Source: Eledone cirrhosa (lineage: Eukaryota). Taken from it: a stretch of DNA of 64,000 nucleotides. The notes beneath the pieces were generated by a model that did not search any database, was not told the DNA's origin, and worked only from the letters and a program-made list of their open reading frames with translations. A program made the translations under genes and the position numbers. The stretch lies in the NCBI GenBank assembly GCA_964016885.1, contig OZ024747.1:57908001-57972000 (forward strand), read 5' to 3'. Shown here in pieces: positions 1-12,762 of the stretch (the first letter of the stretch is position 1; every line of letters begins with the position of its first letter).

Positions 1-143
1 TATGCATCTGTATGTCTCTTGCGTTGGAAAGGAGGTCAATTATGTGTAGAAACATTGAAAAATGCTCCGAAGAATCCAAGGGTAGGTTTGGATGAAACAA
101 TTGTAAGTGAATAAATGCTCTGAACATAGCTTTGATTCTTGTG

Positions 144-276
<133 letters not shown>

Positions 277-602
277 AATATGGCAGATTAAAATGATTTC
301 AACACATAATATGAAAGCTTGTACGGAAAGATATTAAGGGCACCGGGTGTGTGTTCCATGGACATGTTTCGATGAAGGGCCCTGGGCATAGAGTTTGATC
401 TCTTACATTGTAATATAAGGTAAAGAAACTTATCAAGCGACATTTATTGCATTATCTTCGATGAGTATTTCCTTTTGCACCAAATGTCTTGTAATATAAT
501 CCGCTACGTAGAACGATTCTCACAGAAGACTGCGACTCACTCACTTTGCCGTACACACCCAAATCAGACAAACACAAACACACTCACTTTCTTCTTCATA
601 TA

Positions 603-700
<98 letters not shown>

Positions 701-756
701 GGTATATATATGTGTGTATATATATACATACACATACATATATATATATATATATA

Positions 757-903
757 GTTTTAATATAGATGAGATTCTACAGGACTAGAAAGAATGAAAC
801 AGTTCTAGTCCTGTAGAATCTCATCTATATTAAACTTTTATACTATGCAATGTATTGAGTACCTTACTTACTGTGGTTACCTCCGATTCAACCCGGAATA
901 ACG
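757..903 (+). mobile_element. (TA)n-flanked fold-back element: 32-bp perfect hairpin plus about 70-nt tail
   Basis: 759-790 is the reverse complement of 803-834. The tail (aatgtattgagta..ttacttact..ggttac..ccgatt) recurs at about 48579-48620. TA runs lie on both sides. Confidence 0.7.
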
Positions 904-934
<31 letters not shown>

Positions 935-1360
935 ATAATAACATATATAACAGCTTGATTTAATTATATATATATGTGTGTGTGTATGTACTTGTGTGTT
1001 GGTGGGTATGTGTGTAGGATGGGTCATCTTTTATACGATTATATACGAGAACAGGAATTAATGCAAGCATATTCGCTGCTATTAAATTAATATATGTAAC
1101 ATCGAAACATACATGTAAAACCATTTCAGGATGTAGCTCAAGGCATATTGATATTTAATGTATAGAGCTAATAGTATATACATATATGTTTAAATATGTT
1201 TAAATATATATACAGACACACATACACATATATAAACATGTATACACATGCATACACGCACACACACATATGTATATTTATGTAAATGTATATGTATGCA
1301 CATATTCATATATGTATATAAAATCTGATTGTTTTATATTTTGTATATATATATATATAT

Positions 1361-1549
1361 ATAGGAAAAAATATAACCCCGACGGCAGAGCTCAAGCCCT
1401 TTCGACGGCTATTTCCAGAAATAGTCGTCGAAACAGCTTGAGCTCTGCCGTCGGAGTCATACTTTTTCCTATTTCCCACTCTAATACCCTAAGTATTGAG
1501 TACTCTGGTGCGTTATGGTCCATCTGGTTCCTTACCACAATTCCTTTGT

Positions 1550-1551
<2 letters not shown>
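1361..1551 (+). mobile_element. GACGGC-hairpin fold-back family, copy 1
   Basis: Arms at about 1361-1415 and 1418-1472, then an about 80-nt tail ending ttcctttgtt|(AT)n. Homologous to copies at 6022, 44298 and 45191. Confidence 0.85.
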
Positions 1552-2553
<1,002 letters not shown>

Positions 2554-2588
2554 CATATTTATTTATGCTCATAGACGTGACAAAAGTG

Positions 2589-2636
2589 CTACATAAGGTT
2601 TCAAGTCACAATAGTGACCATATCTTCAGAATGTAA
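2589..2636 (-). ncRNA. Minimal hammerhead ribozyme-like motif
   Basis: Minus strand: ttacat-t-CTGAAGA-tatg-gtcac-tatt-gtgac-tt-GAAA-cc-TT-atgtag. AATAAA follows downstream. Confidence 0.5.
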
Positions 2637-3090
2637 GAAGGATTACAACGGTGACCTAATATTTAGGCGTTGACGTCAATTCTATTGTATACAGTCGAAA
2701 CATCAACGACTAACACTTTTTTTTCACTTTCTATATTTCAAGATATCCTCATCTACATTGAGGAAATATCTTTCTTCTTTCCAACTAGAATTCTTTTCTT
2801 AGGCGTATTATTTCATATTTATAATATGCTCGCTTCCATAAGCTGACATTACATTTTATCACAGTGACGAGTTTCGCATCTGTTCTGTAAACATGCTGAA
2901 CAACATCATTTATCATTTCTCCGTTATCAACAAAAGAATAGCTCACATGTTATAGATCGTGCAACATAATGTTTTGAAACTATATCGGAACATAACATTT
3001 TCAGCTACATATCTTTATTCAGGCATAAACTATTTCCTAGATAAATTTGATAGTTTATATTATATAAAACTTTATATAGTGTAATATATA

Positions 3091-3269
3091 ATTGTTTCTT
3101 CTTTTGGCACAGGACCAGCAATTACGCAGTGCATTACTGGTACTTTATTTTATCGACCCCGTAAGGATGAAAGGCAAAGTTAACCTCGGCGGGATTTGAA
3201 CTCAGACTGTAAATGGACGTAACTATGCTAGAAAACATGGCGTCGAACCCTCTACCGATACTGCCAATA
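3091..3269 (-). mobile_element. tRNA-derived SINE with Deu/Nin-like central domain
   Basis: Minus strand has B-box gagttcaaatcc, then ccgaggttaactttgcctttcatcc..ggggtcgataaaataaagtaccag. Several copies occur in the window. Confidence 0.85.
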
Positions 3270-3471
3270 TATAATATAATATTAAGACCTATGTTGAAAT
3301 ATAATGGTTTTTACAGTCGGTTGTGAAACGTTCTGTATTTTATTGTTAATTATATATCGTTTGTTTAGGGTTAGAATTCATTCCGGGTACATATTATATA
3401 TGCTGATGCGTTGTACATACATACATATATAATTACATACATATATACATATATCCATCCATACATATATA

Positions 3472-3522
3472 AATACATGATGGCTGCAAACTCTACTAAG
3501 AGTATTGCAATCGCTTATAGAA
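3472..3522 (-). mobile_element. RTE-type 3' terminus next to (CATA)n
   Basis: Near-identical to 29981-30030, the 3' end of the RTE fragment. Confidence 0.6.
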
Positions 3523-3967
3523 TACTACAAACTCATAAACACACCAATAGTCATATATGATGTTCATCTACATTCCTGGTGGACAATGTTAGCTCTCACT
3601 TCGTCATTGCATTAATCGCATTCGTATTTCATTGGCTTCCCAGAGATTCTGATAACGTCCACTGTACTCTTCCATACACAACAACAATAGCAAAATGCAC
3701 GAATTGCAGCTATTGCTTTCAATTGAGTAACAGGATTTTGTTATCATCAAACTTGCTACTAGATTATTTTCAAAGCTTAAGTACCTATTTCAGAATCACA
3801 TTTCCGATTTATACTACACAGCAAAGAATACAGCTTCTTAATGCCATTGCGTTGTACGTTTATATAGTTATATACAAAAATTACAATCACTATAGGAACA
3901 GGCAGAAATACACAATAACATGGTATTACAATCTTCCTTCGTATAAACATATATATATATATATATA

Positions 3968-4221
3968 TTGTTATACTTTGGGAGGGTCATGTTGCCAATA
4001 AGAAACACACGCACCAGTTGCTTTCACTTCAATTTATTATAAATTAAATTTATAAATTTAAGAATTTATAAATTTCTGGTTGGTTGGTTCCACAACCGGA
4101 CGATGGTTAATATATTGTCAAAGTTCTTTCGTCAAACATTCTGTGACCTCTTCAGTGACTGGGGATTCTTTTCAACACACGTTTTCAGATAAGGAATCTT
4201 GCTAAACAAATTCAGAAACGA
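3968..4221 (-). mobile_element. Family A hammerhead element, copy 2
   Basis: Same ttgttatactt(t)gggagggtcat terminus as 1848; flanked by TA runs; contains an HHR. Confidence 0.75.
4117..4159 (-). ncRNA. Minimal type-I hammerhead ribozyme motif
   Basis: Minus strand: gtca-CTGAAGA-g-gtca-cagaatgtt-tgac-GAAA-gaac-TT-tgac, with 4-bp stems I and II. Confidence 0.7.
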
Positions 4222-4525
4222 CATATATATATATATATATATATTTGTCTCCACAACAATTACCAAACAAGAATTTCACTTAAAGATGAATGTCTACATA
4301 TGTGTGGTTCTGGTGTAATCGGAGGTATTTTTGGACAGTTCAAAATTACTTCCGTTTGCACCAGATCGACAGACGAGGAGAAAATCGGCTTTAGGTGAAA
4401 CGCGTGTTCTAAAGTATAGTTTGGTAATCTTTGTGAAATCAACACTCTTTCTCACTCTCTTACTCACCCCTCTCTCTTTCCTACTCCCCATCTCTTTCTA
4501 TATATATATGTGTGTGTGTGTGTAT

Positions 4526-4616
<91 letters not shown>

Positions 4617-5529
4617 TTTCAGATACATTAGAAGGAAGAGTTAAGACCAATGTGTACATAAATTTCTTCTTCACACATTTGAAATATTCAATATGTTTGC
4701 CTATGCTTAAATATTTCTTTTGTAAACGAGGCTAAGAAGAATCTTTTTACATTTGTAACTTATTCAATTCATCCATAGACTTTCCATTATCTCACTTGGT
4801 TATAACTGTAACACATCCACTATAGTCATAATGAACTGGATATAATCTAAAGTATAGACAAATCAATGTATATTAAAAAGGAATAGAATATATTAGATGA
4901 AGAGGAACCAATATATATAAAGTAATAACAATAAAATGACAGCAGCTAAAACATATATAACATAACATGTCTAAGTAGAACCTCAGCATCAAAAGGGGAA
5001 ATATTACAGACAAACAGATATATTACTAACATACAGAAGGATAAACGCAGGAGCAAGCTGATAACAGATAAGAATATAAGGAAACAGCTTATAGCTCAAT
5101 ATATTTATTTCAACTCTAAACATATTTATCAACTTCAAACACTTGATTCTGTAGATGCATAACCGTCAAAGAACTGCAACTAAAAAGAAATAATTCTATC
5201 TTTCCTGTGTAAACAAATTAGATCGATGAAGATGCTATTGGCAGAAAGATTTAAAGTGTAAGGCAAAATGAGATGAAAGAGAGTGAAGAAAGGGATAGAG
5301 TATTTTGTATTAAATGATATATGTTCTGTATTATAATAAATTTAAATCTTGAATAATGATAAGGCTCTCAAATATAAGACGTCAAATATATTATAGCTGT
5401 AATTCCATTCTACGAAAGAGGAATTGAATTTTCAGAAAAAATAAAGTAAAGTGCTGTATACACATACACACCACACACTCACACGCGCACATACTCACAC
5501 AAACACACACACACACTCACAAACACACA

Positions 5530-5607
<78 letters not shown>

Positions 5608-5612
<5 letters not shown>

Positions 5613-5893
5613 CAGGGAATGACAAGGGAGACACAGAGATGTAACAACATAAAATCGTATTAGTATCACGCTAATACAATGTTGCGTGTGCATTGCAACA
5701 AAGTTTCTTATAGTCTTCTGACGAAGTATCTTTAAGCCCGAAATATTAGGACAGGTAAATAAAATAACACACCAACATCTTTGTTGCCATCAATTTATTT
5801 CGAAATCTACAGTGCAATCTGCATTGTCGTAGCTTTCAAATAACATACTGCTTTATACACCAACACAATGCTCCAAGCAAATTACAAAACCCT

Positions 5894-5896
<3 letters not shown>
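5608..5896 (+). mobile_element. (TA)n-embedded hammerhead-bearing element
   Basis: TA runs on both sides; HHR followed by AATAAA. Confidence 0.6.
5713..5752 (+). ncRNA. Minimal hammerhead ribozyme motif (stem II decayed)
   Basis: gtct-t-CTGACGA-agtatctttaagccc-GAAA-tat-TA-ggac. A palindromic AATATT occupies the stem III position. Confidence 0.55.
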
Positions 5897-5978
<82 letters not shown>

Positions 5979-5980
5979 TA

Positions 5981-6021
<41 letters not shown>

Positions 6022-6024
<3 letters not shown>

Positions 6025-6210
6025 CAAAGGAATCGTGGTAAGGAACCATATGGACCATAACGCACAAGAATACTCAATACTTAGGGTAGTAGAGTGGGAA
6101 ATAAGAAAAGTATGACCCCGACGGCAGAGCTCAAGCTGTTTCGACGGCTATTTCCAGAAATAGCCGTCGAAACGGCTTGAGCTCTGCCGTCGGGGTCATA
6201 ATTTTCCTAT
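6022..6210 (-). mobile_element. GACGGC-hairpin fold-back family, copy 2
   Basis: Reverse-orientation homolog of 1361-1551, between TA runs. Confidence 0.85.
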
Positions 6211-6494
6211 ATATATATATAATGTGCAAATGCGAAGTAGTTTCAGATATTAAAGTCCTTTATTGGTAATGCTGTGATACCTATTTTCAATGACGACAAT
6301 GACCACACGATTCCCTGTACCCAGTGCCGTGACATCACCAGACAGCTTCTTATATAATAAGGTTTCGTTCCCAAGACAATCCAAACAGAAACGACTGAAA
6401 CTACTTCGTATCTTCTCATTCTAAATATACTCCGTTCTTCCTATGTGGAAAATATGCGTCGAGTGCTTCATTTGAATTGCATTAATATTTGCCG

Positions 6495-6549
<55 letters not shown>

Positions 6550-6554
<5 letters not shown>

Positions 6555-7108
6555 AAATATAGAGAAAAATACTGCAGGTAGCACATGGATAACATGTAAT
6601 AAAATGAGTCCCTCATCAGTGATTTGCCGACGATCATAGATATTTCATTGCATTAAAAATCATATACCTCACGTCGGTGCAATAATAACCAAAATAAGTT
6701 ATTAGGACAATTGAAACGCGTAAAGCGAGTGAGACAGGAGAACAACAAAAAGTATAGCTAACCGTAGGGGGAAGAAACAAGCTTCAAAAATTATTCTGTT
6801 TAGCATAAACTAGGTGAATATATGAGCGCTTTTAGAACAGACCCGACACGAGCGATGGCTATGTGAGGAGAGAGAAAAATAGCCTTCGTGGTGTACAGGA
6901 TGAAATGAAGAGAAGAGAAGAGAAACAGTGAGTGAGTGAAAGTGTGAGGAAGAGTTAACTGACATGACAGAGGGGGAGAAACAGAGAGAATGGGGGAACA
7001 GTAAGAGAGAGAGAGAAAAAACACAGAATCGCAGTGGTAAATATATGTAATAAAATATAGAGAAAAATACTGCAGGTAGCACATGGATAACATGTAATAA
7101 AATGAGTA
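6550..7108. mobile_element. (TA)n-embedded element with 60-bp terminal direct repeats
   Basis: 6550-6609 matches 7048-7107 (period 498); TA runs on both sides. Confidence 0.7.
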
Positions 7109-7263
7109 TATATATATATATATATCAGAAAGTGAGGTTTTTTTACAAAATGAAAAATAACCGAGGTGTCCTACACGAGTGAAAGTATAAAGAAAAAAAG
7201 ATGAAATCGAAAATGCAACTGGAGTCTTATTTAAAAAAATATATATATATATTTATTTGGTTC

Positions 7264-7299
7264 CTTTACCGGTTTCGCAGTTCTTCTGCTTTTCAAAAG
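7264..7299 (-). ncRNA. Degenerate hammerhead ribozyme motif
   Basis: Minus strand: ctt-TTGAAAA-gcag-aagaa-ctgc-GAAA-ccgg-TA-aag. Two core substitutions; all stems are intact. Confidence 0.45.
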
Positions 7300-7338
7300 T
7301 AGAGTTGAGATGTAGGGTCTGTGGTTTTTCTCACATCA

Positions 7339-7435
<97 letters not shown>

Positions 7436-7711
7436 CTATGTATATGTGTGTATGTGTGTGTGTGTGTGCATGTTTATGTCTGTAAATTTAACCCGGATTT
7501 TGCGGAGAATGGTGTTTCGAATGATAGAGTGCCTACAGGAATCAGATCCCGCATGTTCCAATGCCCTAAAAACTGTGATAACCGCTGCAACAATTTTATA
7601 GTTAATTGTACCAGCTTTTCATAAAAAACACAAATAGATTTTAGATTTTAAAATATGCCAATTCTTGCGCTAATTTCATTTATTTCTTTCATTTTATTTA
7701 TCCTTTATTTG

Positions 7712-7996
7712 TGTTCACCCTTCTCCTTCTTCTCACCGTCATCCTCTTTCTCACCTTTTCCTCCCCCTCTCCTCTTCCTCCTACCCATCCTCCTCCCCTA
7801 TCATCAACTCTTCTTCTTCTTCTTCTTCCTTCTCCCCTCCCCGCCCTCCTCGTCTTCGCCGTTCTCCTCCTCCACCACCTCCTCCTCCTCTCCCTTCTTC
7901 TTCTCTTCTTCTTCTTCTTCTTCTTCTTCTTCTTCTTCGTCTTCTTCTTCTTCTTCTTCTTCTTCTTCTTCTTCTTCTTCTTCTTCTTCTTCTTCA
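7712..7996. repeat. Polypyrimidine low-complexity tract ending in (TTC)n
   Basis: Directly visible. Confidence 0.9.
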
Positions 7997-8160
7997 TTCA
8001 CCCAAAGCATGTATGCATTTCTTTTGTATATTCATAATTTTTTTCTAATATGTCCTCTTGTATTTCTGCATTTAAAACTTCATTCCTCAAATTTGTCCAA
8101 TGAGTTTGACGTTTCTTTTGACATGCACTCCCATACCACACCATCACGCCCCAAACATAT

Positions 8161-8230
<70 letters not shown>

Positions 8231-8290
8231 AGACATCTGTATAGACATATTTTCATAAATAGATATATACTTATATATGTATACATCAGT

Positions 8291-8330
<40 letters not shown>

Positions 8331-10537
8331 GTGTGCGTGCGTATATATATATATACATATACGTATATATATATATATGTGTGTGTGTGTATGTGTGTGT
8401 GTTTGTGTGTGCTTGTATGCACATCACTGCAATACTAACTACCATTCGTTAGCCATTTCCCATTCATTCCATTTCAATTATATATACACAATATATTTCA
8501 TACACATCCTTTCTCTCATTTCATTTCTAAACATGCCATTTTTTTCATTCTTTCAATATGTATGTCTTCTCTCATGTTTTCAATTCTTTTTTTCTTTTCA
8601 CTCAAACTTCTATTTTACATTTATTTGATATTTTTTTATATTCTCTTCAAAACATTTTCAGCTTTTCATTCTCACAGTTTCCATTATATTCGTATTATCG
8701 TTTCTTCAAACTTCTTTCAGATTCTTTTACACATTCTATCAAACATTCTTCATTACTTAGGTCTTAGTTCTCTACTACCATTTATTTATTAAATACCTCT
8801 TTTAGAATCTGTAGATAATTTACTTGAAAAATGCTTTATGCTGAATACGAAATGAACGCCGGAATTTTATGAGAAGAGATGATGAATAAATGGCTCATAT
8901 TTTTATACTTTTTACATGTACAAACGATTATGTTGTACATTTGATAAAACTGCGTAATGTTCAGAGAAAGCGAAGGAAGTGCGTTCTTTTACGCATTGTA
9001 GGAGCTTGAACAGCCTCCCATCACTGTTTCAAATAAATCAAACTCAAACTTGTCCAAATTAAAGACACATTAAAGTAAAGACACATTAAACATCCACATA
9101 TGTATTAACACTTTGAAGTTTTTTAACTTCATCTGAACTGTTGAGGTACTATCGTCCTCTTCACTAAAAGATACATTCTTTATTTATTTATATATTTCAT
9201 ATATTCTAATTAATTGGTATCTTAAAGTCTTTTCGTTTAACAAACCACCGAAATATTATTTATTTAATTTATAATTATGTGTATTCGTTTTACCAAGAAG
9301 ATTATTACTGTATCGCTATAACGGCTGTCTTATTGCATGGGCAGGGTGGGTATTTTATTTATTTAACGGAGACATCGACACAGTTTAATGTCTCCCTGAA
9401 ACTGTCCACTGTTTAGAGAAACATAAGCACTTGGTGTGTTCCTGTGTATCGATGTACTGAACAGGTCGGATGATCATGCGGAGCACAAAATGTTTATAAG
9501 CAGCATTGATGGTGAAGTGATGAGAAACGAATGAGTCAGTAGTAACACAGTTGTAGTAGCACTAGAACCAACAAGTAGAAAGGAGCAGATGTTATTCTAG
9601 TTTGGGTAGAATACATACTGCAGTCTGAATCACCACCAATTTTGGATAAAACTGAAGTGTATTCCAAACATCACATACAGGTCGTCATAGCCACACATCA
9701 CTCTATCTCCCTTAACCTTTGAAAATCATGAAACCTGTGAAACAGGTAAAGGCATACAGATTTGTAAATAAACCTTAGTCTCCAATATCATTTTCGACTT
9801 CTTTTTCCTATATATATGTATACATTTACTCTCTTTTACCTTTTCTAGCCGACTGGCTATGACCATTCTGGAGCGGTGCCATTGTCGCTACGTTTCCTAT
9901 AGTTAGCCTTCTTGGTTGGCCATTGATGTGAGAAGGAGTTTCTCGTTGCTGCCCTTCGACATATTTCACAGTGATAGATCTCTAATTAATTCTAATTATT
10001 CCCAGCTTACAGACCTGAAACAAACGCAGTTATGATCCTATCTTGTAATCGAAATGTGTGCATGCATAATTGAGTCGGAATTAAGTACAGTGAGCTCATC
10101 TACACTACCATCTGGAAGAAGACATTGGGGAAATATTTCTACATAATATCTCTAAAGTATGTGAGGCTGCAATCTGGAAGTCCGTTGGTCAAATATCTAC
10201 TATAGAGCTTGTTTGGTTTTAAACAGTAAAGCTGACGACCACATGGGTTAATTTAGTCATAGATATTATTTGTAAAAAAACGTCATGACAAATTATAGAG
10301 AACGTTTAATCACAATTCTCCTAGATCGTGGCTGACCTGTAATTAAATGACAGCAGTTTTAACATCTCGCGCCGGATATATTCGAACACTTTGTGTTCCT
10401 CATTAGTTAGCCTGTATGTGCGGTTCGTGAGTCTAAGTTCATAAATATGTGAGAATGATATATGTCAGAAAATACGCTTACATTTCAAACTTTTCATAAG
10501 AGAATTATCTGGGAATGAATATAAAGCAAGTACATTA

Positions 10538-10610
<73 letters not shown>

Positions 10611-10626
10611 GTCTGTCTATCTCTCT
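10538..10626. repeat. (CTAT)n microsatellite, insertion site of the Tx1 fragment
   Basis: Directly visible; atctatct resumes at about 12224. Confidence 0.95.
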
Positions 10627-11958
10627 GTCGGCACCTTACTGGAGGAGTACGAAAAGTTCACAGGGGCTAAGCTTAACCGGGACAAGTCGATCGGTTTGCA
10701 ACTCGGCACGTGGAGGGGCAGACCGATGCCCTCCGATGGCGTCGTCGGACGCTGGACGGAGGGCCCGGTGAAGTTGCTCGGGGTCTGGTTCGGACCGGAC
10801 CTCCAGGTGGAGAAAAACTGGGCGGAGGTTACGAACAGGGTGTTTGCACTGACCCAGAAGTGGGCCAGTTGCAAACTATCCCTGAAAGGTCGGGCGGAGG
10901 TGGCGAACACCTACATAGCGTCCGTCATCTACTACCGCCTGACCGTAGTGCCCTGCCCAAGGGAAACCCTCACCAAGATGGAGCGCGCGCTCTTCCAATT
11001 CCTTTGGAAGAGGCGGGCTCCTATGGTGAGGAGATCCATCTGCTGTCAACACCCTTCGAAAGGAGGGCTGGGGATGCCGTGGCTAATGATGCGTAAACAC
11101 GCATTAAAGCTACGGCACCTCTACGTATTCCTCACCGGACAACCGGTGTGGGCCTCGTTTGTGAGACGAACCTTTCCCAGACTCGTCTCACTCACCGAGC
11201 TGCAATCCTGGGTCAAGCAAAGACCGAGAAAACTGGGCGCCTGGCACACCGAGTGTGCCCAGGCGCTCACCACCCTCTGGCAGGCGGATCCGGTTATCAG
11301 TGGAGACTCCACCGCAACATTCTATAGAGGGCTGGTACGCAGCAGGTGCGACGACGCCCTCGGAGAAGCCCTAGACATGGAGGAGGACGAACTGGCCAGC
11401 CTGTTCGGTAGGACATTCAGCCCGGGACCTATGGACAACTTCCAGAAGTCCCTGGCCTGGCAGTGCTACCGAGGGGCTTTACCCGTTCGAGAAAGGCTCT
11501 ACAGACACGGGCGCCCGGGTAGGGACCCCGCCAAAAAGATCTGTCCCAGATGCGTGTGCGACGAGGAAACCGTTGCACACGCATTGGTACACTGCTCGGG
11601 CGTAGCCGATCTGTGGGGCTATGTCGAACAACTGCTGTCAAGGGTGGGACCGATCCGGTTGACCACCGAGTCTATTGTAATGATCAAGCCGCCTCCCCCC
11701 TTCAAAGATGAAGCAGAGGCGGTGTTTCTGTGCGTAATAGCCATGGCGAAAGAGGTTGTATGGTGGACGCGTCTGAAAGGACTGAGGTCAGGCACCTTTC
11801 TCTCTGGCCAACAACTGGTCCGTTTCTTCCGATATCATTTCGGAAGAAGGATCAGGATGGAGAGAGAGGTGCTGCACCCCAGTCGTTTTTATGAAAGGTG
11901 GGTGAAAGTGGCGAGAATGGCCCGTGTGAATGGGCCTTCTCTTTACATAAGCCTGTAG
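10627..11958 (+). CDS. LINE ORF2 C-terminal part (end of RT, thumb, CCHC zinc finger)
   Basis: The frame is open 23 codons upstream of the tracked ORF (VGTLLEEYEKFTGAKLNRDKS). Motifs: VKLLGVWF, LSLKGRA, KGGLGMP, CPRC..EETVAHALVHC. Confidence 0.9.
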   Translation, partial: VGTLLEEYEKFTGAKLNRDKSIGLQLGTWRGRPMPSDGVVGRWTEGPVKLLGVWFGPDLQVEKNWAEVTNRVFALTQKWASCKLSLKGRAEVANTYIASVIYYRLTVVPCPRETLTKMERALFQFLWKRRAPMVRRSICCQHPSKGGLGMPWLMMRKHALKLRHLYVFLTGQPVWASFVRRTFPRLVSLTELQSWVKQRPRKLGAWHTECAQALTTLWQADPVISGDSTATFYRGLVRSRCDDALGEALDMEEDELASLFGRTFSPGPMDNFQKSLAWQCYRGALPVRERLYRHGRPGRDPAKKICPRCVCDEETVAHALVHCSGVADLWGYVEQLLSRVGPIRLTTESIVMIKPPPPFKDEAEAVFLCVIAMAKEVVWWTRLKGLRSGTFLSGQQLVRFFRYHFGRRIRMEREVLHPSRFYERWVKVARMARVNGPSLYISL

Positions 11959-12219
11959 GTAGAAAAGAGGAAGGAACGAGGGAGCACCCCCTCTCTGTGC
12001 TCCTGAGGAAAAGGGTTGCACACTTTTTTCGGGGGTGTGTGCGACCCCCCAAGGCGCCTCCTCTCTATTGAGGATTTTGTTATGAATTTTATTTTTTGTT
12101 ATATCTTATTTTATTTTTATATTTTGTTATTGCCTCCTCCTTATTGAGGACGCTTTTTGTGTAAACTCCCCCCATTGTACTTGTCCCACTTTTGATGCCC
12201 TAGTGGCAAATAAAAGAAA
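10627..12219 (+). mobile_element. 5'-truncated Tx1/L1-clade LINE
   Basis: GC-rich island with an open ORF2 C-terminal half; 3' UTR ends tgccctagtggca-aataaaagaaa; homologous to 63500-64000. Confidence 0.92.
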
Positions 12220-12719
12220 CATATCTATCTCTCTATCTTTCTCTCTCTGTATATATATGTATATATATAGCTATAGAGAAACATTTTTGATGTGTGATAG
12301 ACTAATCTTACTGGATTCCTGTTAATATGCACAGATGATTTGGATATTTCACTCTTTTATTTCTATTCCATTTCGATTCTCTTTATTTTTCAATTCACAT
12401 TCCACCATTGCGAAACTTATTTGGGTTTCGAGGTTCAAATTCGACTACAGAACAGGTTTGAATTTTGAAATTTAAATATGTCCAGGAATCATGGCAGTTA
12501 CCAATATAACCTTGTCTTTATTGACTTGTATCGAGACAGACAAATTGTATTCACTTTTATTAGTTTATTTCATTAATAGCTAACTTTGTCTGTTGCAATG
12601 TAAACACATTTCGTGTTTATCATATACTTTAAATATATATATATATATATATATGCATATTCATATATATATAATATATATATATACACACATACATGTA
12701 TATACATATACATACATGC

Positions 12720-12762
<43 letters not shown>

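Noticed and set aside
357-412. Possible HHR on the minus strand (GAAA-catg-TC)
   Set aside because: No recognisable CUGANGA
7470-7624. Cys-containing peptide CPKNCDNRCN as a possible exon
   Set aside because: No convincing splice sites or recognisable domain
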